The notes under the pieces: model-generated | Told to the model about the DNA's origin: nothing | The model's database searches: none | What the model saw: only the letters and a program-made list of their open reading frames with translations | Shown: positions 1-8,667 of the stretch, piece after piece | Numbering within the stretch: the first letter of the stretch is position 1 | Layout: each line of letters starts with the position of its first letter | Made by a program: the position numbers and the translations under genes | Source of the DNA: an uncultured virus (IMG/VR IMGVR_UViG_3300035184_001342) | Lineage: Duplodnaviria > Heunggongvirae > Uroviricota > Caudoviricetes | Reading direction: 5' to 3' (one strand) | IMG/VR virus record: IMGVR_UViG_3300035184_001342 | Length of the DNA: 20,000 nucleotides

Positions 1-3000
1 AAGTATACTGTTGATGTATCATAAACACCTGTATATGATTTATTTCTAGAAGAATCCCAGCCAAAGTTTACACCGTCAAAATTACCATTTTTATATATGT
101 AAATTCTTCCTGGATTTGTAAGTGTATTGTCTCCTTTAGATTCTACAAACAGTTTATTAGTACTACCATTTTGTGTAACCTTAATCTTAGTTCCAAGATA
201 TTGATTTTCTTTTCTATCAGGAACAATAAATGAATTTATTTTACCAAAAGATCCAATGCCCCGTCTTTCATATATCGAGTACATACCTTCATTAGCAGTT
301 GCAGCATTTCCTGCGGCTACTGGAGTTGTTCCGCCTGTTGATGCAGGAACATTGTAAATAATATCCCAATCATTATTAGTTATAGTTGGTATGTTTGGTA
401 ATCTTGCAATACCGTCTACTGTTTCTTCTCTAAAGAACCAATATTCGCCATTACTAATTGTATCTTCTCTAGTAGCAACATCGTCATCAATATCTTGAAT
501 TTGGATATCTGGTCCATTGTTAATTACAACAAACTTTCCAATACCGTCTGCTACTGATGGAAAACTTCTTTGCTCAATTTGTCCAAATATTCTAAAACCT
601 GCTCCGGGATCGTACAACGGATCTCCGCTACCGTCTGCTAAAAATTCTATTTCTCTATTTTCATTAAACAGATTGCCTACTGCCCACGTACCTGTAACGT
701 TTTTAACATATATTCTAGCATTAACTGTATCGTATCTTTGATAGAATACAACTTCAGCAGTTCCTAAATTTGTTACATCTCTAACAGTTAATCCAACTTT
801 TGGATCAACAGGATTACCGCCTAAGTTTTTAGTAATTCTAAAATCAATCCAACCGTCCCAAACATCATAAACTGTATGCTTTTTATTAACATCGTTAACA
901 TCAAGGCCAATAGTTGCAACATCTCTGTTGCCAAGTTCGCCTGTTAAGAACGAAGGCATTGGATTATAGAATATATCCAATGCAGGATTTCCTGGGTCAC
1001 CTTGAGAAACTAGTTCAGTCTCTAACTGATCTGTTAGTGCTAATGGCGCTTTGAAAACATATAGACCTGATTCAAATGATCCGACAACTTCTTCCGGACC
1101 CGGAGATCCTTCAAAACTTAATGTTATAAGTTGATTATGATCAGTGTCTGCACTGTTTACATTATTTGTTGCATAGTCAAGTTGATTATAATAAAATCTA
1201 TTCTCATTTGTTTCACCAATTGGTGTTACGTCGACATATACTAATCCTCTACCTAAGTCTGAATTAGTAGTATTTGCAACAAGATATGAAGATGTAGTAT
1301 TAAATCTCCAATATCCACCCCAACTTTCGTCAGCGTCTACTGCGGTGTCATCAGGTCCAGCTGTTATATATTCGCCTACAAATTCACCAATGCTAGTAGT
1401 AATTGATCCTACTGTACCAAAAGTACCGTTTTGATTTTTAACATAAATTGTAACTTTTGCACCAACATTAAACGTGTATGAAACTTCAGCAAATCCGTTA
1501 ATTGATTCAATAATTTGCCCTACAAGAGGAATAGTAGTAGAGTTTTCTACATATAAAATACTGTCAATCTTTTCAACAATAGTATGATCGCCAGTTATGT
1601 ATGCTTCGTCAATTAACGGATTATCACCGCCAAATGGTGCAACACTATTAATTGTTGCTGTGCCTTGATTTGCATAAGTTAGATCATTCCAACGAAGTTT
1701 AACAGTATCGCCAATTCCTGACCCGTCATACATATCTCTTGGTGCTTTAACAATCCAGTGATCTGTATTAAATGCTGCATCTACTTCTTCACTATTAAAT
1801 GGATAATCACCAGTTAAAATAGTTGGTCTTGGATTATCGTCTTGTTCTGTTTGTAAAAGAGCAACCATAATTTGTGCTACAGATTCAAAACTACCAAATT
1901 GAATAGCGTTTGTTGCGCCATCAATTTCTTTATTAGCAGACCATAAATTATCTTTATATCTTACAATGTCACTTGGATTATAATTTGTTGTAGTAACCCA
2001 TTCACCGTTAAAGTCACTTCTTACATTAGACGCTTCTGGTGAGCCTACTACTAAGTATCTTCCTGTTTCATCAACATCGATACTATAACCAAACTTTTCG
2101 TTATCATCTGCAAGTCCTGAATCCGGTTCAATAATCTGATTCAGTTGATATGATCCTGCATTGCCAGCTCTTACATAAACAAAAACTTTTCCGTTATTGT
2201 TATCAGGTGCACCTACACATAACAATGTATTATTATTGTTAGCAGCAAGTGAATATCCATAAGTGTGATCTGTGCCTGCTTGAGAGTTAGCAATTACTTG
2301 ATGATTTTTATATCCAGGAGTATTTTCAATAACTTTCCATTGGTTATTGCTGTCTTCGTCAACCCATACTCTAGTAATTCCTTGTTTATAAGTTTGTACT
2401 AACTTACTTGCCTCGTCATATGTTCCGACTCGTACACTTACAAAGTGTGTCATAATTGTATTAGTAACAGTTTCAGATGCCGACAATTCTAAATCGTCAA
2501 TTGTAACTATATTATTAAGAATCTTTGTAACTTTTACAAACTTTCCTATGTTAACGCCATCTTCTGATACATATTCAATACCAATATAGTCATCTACATT
2601 TAATGTACTGATATTAGTTGCAAATTTTAGTGTTCTTGTATCACCGTCAACTGCAACTTCTTCTAGCTCAAGATCTAATCTTAGCAGTGTATATACATTC
2701 CAAGATAGCCCAACGTTACCTACCCAAAACATATCTTTATTTCTAACATCATTATATTCAATATTAGCAATAGATTCGTAATCGTCAATAACAAATTGAA
2801 CGTCTTCGTTGTTAACGTATCCACTATTTTTTGTGTACGTGTCCTTAACATATGTTGTAGGGAACGGTTTATGATTGTAATCGTTAGGGCGAAGATATAC
2901 TTCAAACGGTTTAATTCTGTATATAAGATCTGTTTCACTACCAGTAGTCGAATTTACTAATTCAACACTTTGCGGTTGTAATTTAAATTGGTCTTCATCT

Positions 3001-6000
3001 AGAATAAATTCAACTTCTTCGAATCCTTCTGATGCTCCGTACTGTCCTTGCTTAATTGCCCATTCTTCGTAAAACTCTAAACTGTCTTTGTTATCACTAC
3101 TCAATACATCAAACAATTTAGTAAGTGCATTATTTGTGCCCTTATCTTGTATCATTCCTTGATAAAATTTGTACTGACTTACATCATCATTAATAATGTT
3201 AGCAAGATAGTCTCTGTTTTGGTAGCCAATTAAATGCTGTGCAAATTTTTGTTGTTCTAAGTCAAAGTTATCTGTGTCTAGGTCATAAAAATCAGCAAAC
3301 TGATTTGTTTTATATTCCCAGTTTGGTTTTAAGTCCATTGACGGTTTTTCGCTTAACCTGGTCCAGTTACTATCGATAAAGTTTTCAGTACCTGGAATTT
3401 TGTTATTAGCACTGTAGTAGAATTCTTTATACTTTACAATATCAGAGATTGCATAGTCTTTCCAACTTTTCCATTCAGTTACTGTTGCATTGTCAAAAAC
3501 AAATCCTGGAATATTTAAACTTCCGTCCCAGTCTGTTGTTCTATATCCTAATACTTTAATTCTTTCTTGCCTATAACCTGGTTCTAAATCGTAAATAATA
3601 TCGCCAAATACAGTTTTATTATCAATAACTACAATATGCTCTTTTTGTACTAAAGATAATCTTACAGCAAAAATACCATCTTCTGTTGCTTTTGGCTTAA
3701 CAACAAACTCTTTTGCATTTTCTCTAGTTAAACTAACAAACTGGGATTGTAACTTTTTGCCATCTGCTTTTAATAAACTGTATCCATAAAATGTGTCGTA
3801 TATATCATCAACTACTGCGTATTCACTTTTAAATTTAAGTTGGAATGCACCTGGACTTAGTGTAATAACTGCGCCTGCACCCCAGTTTTGTGTACTCCAG
3901 AACATAAACTCTTTTGCACTGGTTTGCCAATTAGATACAAACTCGTTATCTGCTGAATAGTAATCAAAACAAAAGCCTTCGGACTCTAAGTAATATGCAT
4001 AACCTAAAAGAAAGTCAACAACTTCTTGTATTGTTTTATATGTTGTTCCATAAGAAACACGTTCAATATTATTTTTAAATGATTTTCTAAAATACGCTTC
4101 ACGTCCACCTTCTACAGGAACTTCAGGAAGTTTAGCAAATTTAGAAATATCAAAATCAGTACTACTTACGTGTTGTTCAGTACAACGATAGTATACATTT
4201 TGATGCTCAACTATTGCGCCGTCTACGTATGTTTTACTAGGGGTCCATTCTACAAAACTAGCACTAATACCACCAATTCTTATTAATGGATCATTTTGTA
4301 AAGCAATTGCTGGATATTGATTAAAGTATGGAGTTTCTCTATCATACCCATTTACAATAAATCCATTACTTTGCTTTTCAATAATAACTCCACTATAAGT
4401 AATATTTTTAATTGGAGCACTTTTATTTAAACTAATAGTATAATTTTCTTCAGGAACAAATACGTTTCCTTGATTAGTAGGTGTTCTACTATCTAATATT
4501 AGTTTAAATTTATCCTTTGTAGTATAACCGCCTATTTTAAAACCAATTTGATTGTTAATGGTTACTAATTCTGTTTTATATGTGTCATACGGTGTACTAA
4601 CATTTGCAGCAAGATAGTCAACAATATAGTTAATTAATCCTGAAGTGTAAACTCTAGTTGCTTCTTTAATACTATTAGGAAAGTCAATATTAGACAATGC
4701 AATTACAGTGTTATTAACTTTATAATTAATTTGAGTTGCTGTGCCTCTTATTTGTCTTGCTCTGTCAAAGATTGTAGCAAATGTTCTTGATGGTTGGTTT
4801 AATACCAAAGAAGTAATTAATGCAAAAGGATATTCTGCACTTTTTCTCCACGCTGTTTCTACAGGGCTGTGATCTCCAAATTCATATCTAGCATTTAAAT
4901 CTGTTGTATTATAACTTTTAATAAAACTACTTAAAATTGGACTAATTAAATTTCCGCTTTCATCTACTGGAATATGAGTTGTAATAAACTTTCGTGCATA
5001 TTTAGGTAACTTAACTCCTGAGGTTCCTGGAGTTCTAATAATTCCCTCTTGAATGTCTTCCCACATCAACAAGTTATTACTTGTATACGGTGCTTCGCCG
5101 TATTCTGTATCCCACCATAAAGGCTTAATAGTAAAGCCGAGCATTTCCCAAGGATGTGTATGAGGACGATCAGTATCGTATGCGTACTTGTAAACTGATC
5201 TCCAATAGCCATTAACTGGCTGTTCGTCAACGTCTACCATACCAGTATGATTAAACGTAAACGAATTTTCTCTTTCAAATCCAGTATTTAATGTATAGTC
5301 ATTATCTACTAATTGCGACCATTGAATAAAGTCACTAATCATACTATCGTTAATTTGAGAGTGTGTTAAATCAGTTTTTCTACTGTGTCCCGGAATATAA
5401 TCGTGGATATTAAACAACGCAGGATCATATTCTACTTTTAAGTTATTGTATATTCTTTTTTCTAGTTCTAGTAACAAGTCATCTCTGTAGTCACCATATG
5501 CAATGGTAATACTACCATCGTGTCCTTGAATAACTTGTTGTGTTTCAAGATACGTATCATCCTGCAAAAGTGCTGGTTCGTATTTTGGAAACAATCCTAA
5601 CTTTGTTGGTGTTTGTGGAATATAACTACCATTAGTAGTTTGATATTCAAAAATGTCAATAATATCACCTTGCACTTTTTCAGCAGTGATAATTACAAAT
5701 CCCTGTTCATTAAATGTATAATCTCTATTATGTAATAATTGTACACCGTTTAAATAAACTTGTACAGCAATATCTGATAACGTAGTTAGATTAAATTTAG
5801 TATTCAATGCAAAAAAGTTATTTTCAGAATCAAACACTTCAGTTGTAGATCTTGTTGATCCTGTAAAAGGTACCATATCACTAAAGTAAAACGGCATTAA
5901 ATTAGTTTTGTCTTTTGTAATTTCTTTTAAGATTAAATCAACGTGATCTTTTACTGGACCGCTAAATCCTAAACTAGTAGCAACTTGTATAAACGAACGC

Positions 6001-8666
6001 TTAAATTTGCTGTATTCTCGACGAGCAAATTTAAGTGCTTTAATAACATTAGCATCTTTGTTTACAAGATGGTATGCAGACAAGTTAAACGGCGATGAAT
6101 GTTTTACAATTCTTTTACCGTATTTTGATATGTTTCCTAAATCTCTTAAATTACTTACACCAGGAAATATACCGTCAAATGTTCCAATTTCTTCAACAAT
6201 AGTACCTACGTGGTCGTTTATTTCACCAAGAGTAAATTCGTTGACGTTAGCATTTAAGGGGTTTCTTTCTAAATTACTAGCAATTTGATATTTGCCCGCT
6301 TCGGTCTTTATTGCCGATGATTTAGTTTTTAAAAGTATTTTATCGCCAATGGTTAATTGATTAATAAATGTAACGGTTACATTTTCATTTGCATCTTGCC
6401 CTAATGTATAATCTTTATCTTTAAATTTTAAATCATTATTAACAAAAACTCTTACCCATAGATCATCTAGTGTTGCACTTCTTTCGTATACATCAACAGT
6501 AAAAAATGTTCTTGTATTATCATTTATATACTGCTGTATCACTGGCTGACTACTTAGATCATCTGCTTTTGCCCAACCATTTAAAAGTTCCCAAGAATCT
6601 CTACCAGAATATTTTCTTAAATATCCTTTGTTAATATTTTCTTCAACTAATGTATCATCAGGCATTACATAAGAAACTTTATCTTGTAAAAAGTTAGATT
6701 CAAAAACAATGTCGCCTACGTTTTGAATACTTCTATATGATAATGCAAAGCCTAATTCAGTATCAGTTTTTCCTGTGCCTTGCTTGTATGTAAATAATTG
6801 TGTTCCAGCAAATGTTGACGATTCATAATATGCTGTATTAGAATAGCTATAGCCAGTGTCGCTATAAACATCAAATAACGGTTGTTGGTTTAGTTCTGTT
6901 TTTTGCTGTGTTTTCTTCCAAATTGTACCGTTATACCAAAGCATATTACCTTTAAAGGTAGTACCTTGCTTACACAATACAACTTCGTTTACTAATGGTG
7001 CAGTATCTGTAGTTTCTTTTAGTGTTATTTGTCTTACGTTATTAAATGTAATAAATTGTACTTCATAAATTTTTCCTACAACTAACGGATCAGTGTCAGC
7101 TGTAAACAGTACTCTCATACCATTTGTAAGATCAACGTCATCAATATTATAACCTTGAGATCCTTCAATTGTGCTAAAAATATCTGTAGTAAAGTTGTCA
7201 ACCAAGTCAATACTATCTTTAATAACTGTACCGTAATTAAATAGTTTTAAGTTTGCTTCAAATTCAATAATAGGTCTTGTTGCTCTTGATGTTTGATCTA
7301 AGTTAACAATTTGATTGTTTATTGCTGCACTTTTTTCAATTACATCTTTATGGAACCATCTATTATATTTAGACCATAAGTTTCCGTCAATACTTGCTCT
7401 ATTAATTGTGATATAATCTTTATTTGCAGGATAACCAATTGCTTCAGAGAAAGGCAATGCATCAAAACCAGTTGTGTCAAAATCTACACTCAAATCACTA
7501 GTATAAGAACTAGGAACATTAAGTTCAACTTCTGACCTAAGTGTAATACTTTCGCCTACACCTTCCACATACCAAAATCCTTCGCCATACTTGGCCGGAG
7601 TTGCATTACCAACAAATTCTAATTTCATTCCATTTGAAAGTGCAATGCCTAATTCTGAAGTATATGTTTTATTTCCTAAAATAGCAGTTTCCACATCTAT
7701 CGAAGTTGCTTCTTCTAACTCAAGTACATTAATAGTGCCACTAGCAAATAAGTCATTTTCTGACATATAAAAAATTATATCAGGAGATGATTGATCTAAA
7801 GTAACCTCAATGGTTCCTTTTTCAATACCGTTTTGACTAACTGACGTTGTTAAATTAAATGTAGTATCTAATTTCCAATAATCAAGATTAATATCAGTTT
7901 CGCCATAATGATCATTTGTGCAAAGATATACCGATCCGTTATAAAGAACTTGCTCATTAATAGTATAGCTTACATTAGGAGTATACTTGCCTGCAGTTTC
8001 TTTTCTAGTTCTAAAAGATAATGGATTTCCTACAGCATCAATATCAAAGATATAAGTTACACCTCTAAATAATGTTAAAACAGGATTTTGTGTTTGACCG
8101 TCTGGAGTGAAAACATAACCATAATTTTCACCATTGTCGACTGTAGTAACTTTTATAGTTTTTACAACGTTGTCTTTTTCGCCTGCAATTTGCACAACTT
8201 GAGGTCCACTAGGTAGCCAAAAGTATTCTCTAAAATTTACAAATTTATCCCAATCAATATTAGGCGCCCAAGAATAGTATTCTTGTCGGTTTAATAAACT
8301 GTGATCTTTAACACTTGAACCTAAAGTATTAAGTTGATTAATTACATCGTTGTAATCAGCATAAAAGTTAATATTATTTAAACTGTCTTTGTTTATAATT
8401 GCCGGTTCAAATTGATAATCTTCTCTACTTTTACTAACATCATTTATGTAGAAGTCATTTAGTAATCTACCTTTAGCTTCTTTTTGTCCAAAATACCCAG
8501 ACAACTTTTCAGCCGTTCCTGGTTGCATAAGTTGGTCAATTGTACTTGATAAAAACTTATTGTTTACTTGTGTTCTAAAATACCGAGGTAAGTGATCTGA
8601 AGAGCGCCTTTTTTCTGGGCCGCCCGCAGGCAATTGTGTTGGGTTTTGGTCATCATTATATGCCAT
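1..8666 (-). CDS. Giant multidomain baseplate wedge/structural protein (gp7/P2 gpI-like core, CBM5/12-like modules, FG-GAP propeller blades); 3' end outside window, >2888 aa
   Basis: ATG at 8666-8664, 1 nt after the gp6 stop (MAYNDDQNPTQLPAGGPEKRRSSDHLPRYFRTQVNNKFL...). The same frame reads as sensible protein at every point translated, down to position 3 (...SYTGVYDTSTVY). An in-frame stop would have produced a track ORF, so its absence implies the frame is open to the edge. YQGMIQDKGTNNALTKLF...EFYEEW (~3060-3170) resembles the gpI/gp7 KGT motif, and the gene directly follows gp6. Confidence 0.88.
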   Translation of the reverse strand, partial: MAYNDDQNPTQLPAGGPEKRRSSDHLPRYFRTQVNNKFLSSTIDQLMQPGTAEKLSGYFGQKEAKGRLLNDFYINDVSKSREDYQFEPAIINKDSLNNINFYADYNDVINQLNTLGSSVKDHSLLNRQEYYSWAPNIDWDKFVNFREYFWLPSGPQVVQIAGEKDNVVKTIKVTTVDNGENYGYVFTPDGQTQNPVLTLFRGVTYIFDIDAVGNPLSFRTRKETAGKYTPNVSYTINEQVLYNGSVYLCTNDHYGETDINLDYWKLDTTFNLTTSVSQNGIEKGTIEVTLDQSSPDIIFYMSENDLFASGTINVLELEEATSIDVETAILGNKTYTSELGIALSNGMKLEFVGNATPAKYGEGFWYVEGVGESITLRSEVELNVPSSYTSDLSVDFDTTGFDALPFSEAIGYPANKDYITINRASIDGNLWSKYNRWFHKDVIEKSAAINNQIVNLDQTSRATRPIIEFEANLKLFNYGTVIKDSIDLVDNFTTDIFSTIEGSQGYNIDDVDLTNGMRVLFTADTDPLVVGKIYEVQFITFNNVRQITLKETTDTAPLVNEVVLCKQGTTFKGNMLWYNGTIWKKTQQKTELNQQPLFDVYSDTGYSYSNTAYYESSTFAGTQLFTYKQGTGKTDTELGFALSYRSIQNVGDIVFESNFLQDKVSYVMPDDTLVEENINKGYLRKYSGRDSWELLNGWAKADDLSSQPVIQQYINDNTRTFFTVDVYERSATLDDLWVRVFVNNDLKFKDKDYTLGQDANENVTVTFINQLTIGDKILLKTKSSAIKTEAGKYQIASNLERNPLNANVNEFTLGEINDHVGTIVEEIGTFDGIFPGVSNLRDLGNISKYGKRIVKHSSPFNLSAYHLVNKDANVIKALKFARREYSKFKRSFIQVATSLGFSGPVKDHVDLILKEITKDKTNLMPFYFSDMVPFTGSTRSTTEVFDSENNFFALNTKFNLTTLSDIAVQVYLNGVQLLHNRDYTFNEQGFVIITAEKVQGDIIDIFEYQTTNGSYIPQTPTKLGLFPKYEPALLQDDTYLETQQVIQGHDGSITIAYGDYRDDLLLELEKRIYNNLKVEYDPALFNIHDYIPGHSRKTDLTHSQINDSMISDFIQWSQLVDNDYTLNTGFERENSFTFNHTGMVDVDEQPVNGYWRSVYKYAYDTDRPHTHPWEMLGFTIKPLWWDTEYGEAPYTSNNLLMWEDIQEGIIRTPGTSGVKLPKYARKFITTHIPVDESGNLISPILSSFIKSYNTTDLNARYEFGDHSPVETAWRKSAEYPFALITSLVLNQPSRTFATIFDRARQIRGTATQINYKVNNTVIALSNIDFPNSIKEATRVYTSGLINYIVDYLAANVSTPYDTYKTELVTINNQIGFKIGGYTTKDKFKLILDSRTPTNQGNVFVPEENYTISLNKSAPIKNITYSGVIIEKQSNGFIVNGYDRETPYFNQYPAIALQNDPLIRIGGISASFVEWTPSKTYVDGAIVEHQNVYYRCTEQHVSSTDFDISKFAKLPEVPVEGGREAYFRKSFKNNIERVSYGTTYKTIQEVVDFLLGYAYYLESEGFCFDYYSADNEFVSNWQTSAKEFMFWSTQNWGAGAVITLSPGAFQLKFKSEYAVVDDIYDTFYGYSLLKADGKKLQSQFVSLTRENAKEFVVKPKATEDGIFAVRLSLVQKEHIVVIDNKTVFGDIIYDLEPGYRQERIKVLGYRTTDWDGSLNIPGFVFDNATVTEWKSWKDYAISDIVKYKEFYYSANNKIPGTENFIDSNWTRLSEKPSMDLKPNWEYKTNQFADFYDLDTDNFDLEQQKFAQHLIGYQNRDYLANIINDDVSQYKFYQGMIQDKGTNNALTKLFDVLSSDNKDSLEFYEEWAIKQGQYGASEGFEEVEFILDEDQFKLQPQSVELVNSTTGSETDLIYRIKPFEVYLRPNDYNHKPFPTTYVKDTYTKNSGYVNNEDVQFVIDDYESIANIEYNDVRNKDMFWVGNVGLSWNVYTLLRLDLELEEVAVDGDTRTLKFATNISTLNVDDYIGIEYVSEDGVNIGKFVKVTKILNNIVTIDDLELSASETVTNTIMTHFVSVRVGTYDEASKLVQTYKQGITRVWVDEDSNNQWKVIENTPGYKNHQVIANSQAGTDHTYGYSLAANNNNTLLCVGAPDNNNGKVFVYVRAGNAGSYQLNQIIEPDSGLADDNEKFGYSIDVDETGRYLVVGSPEASNVRSDFNGEWVTTTNYNPSDIVRYKDNLWSANKEIDGATNAIQFGSFESVAQIMVALLQTEQDDNPRPTILTGDYPFNSEEVDAAFNTDHWIVKAPRDMYDGSGIGDTVKLRWNDLTYANQGTATINSVAPFGGDNPLIDEAYITGDHTIVEKIDSILYVENSTTIPLVGQIIESINGFAEVSYTFNVGAKVTIYVKNQNGTFGTVGSITTSIGEFVGEYITAGPDDTAVDADESWGGYWRFNTTSSYLVANTTNSDLGRGLVYVDVTPIGETNENRFYYNQLDYATNNVNSADTDHNQLITLSFEGSPGPEEVVGSFESGLYVFKAPLALTDQLETELVSQGDPGNPALDIFYNPMPSFLTGELGNRDVATIGLDVNDVNKKHTVYDVWDGWIDFRITKNLGGNPVDPKVGLTVRDVTNLGTAEVVFYQRYDTVNARIYVKNVTGTWAVGNLFNENREIEFLADGSGDPLYDPGAGFRIFGQIEQRSFPSVADGIGKFVVINNGPDIQIQDIDDDVATREDTISNGEYWFFREETVDGIARLPNIPTITNNDWDIIYNVPASTGGTTPVAAGNAATANEGMYSIYERRGIGSFGKINSFIVPDRKENQYLGTKIKVTQNGSTNKLFVESKGDNTLTNPGRIYIYKNGNFDGVNFGWDSSRNKSYTGVYDTSTVY

Positions 8667-8667
8667 A

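Noticed and set aside
517..6288. Small track ORFs 517-741(+), 2720-2938(-) and 6007-6288(+)
   Set aside because: All lie within the giant minus-strand CDS; antisense or alternate-frame shadows with no recognisable motifs.
1..8666. Possible stop-codon recoding or non-coding/pseudogene region, suggested by the empty ORF track
   Set aside because: Explained by one standard-code ORF that leaves the window; TAA and TAG act as normal stops in neighbouring genes.
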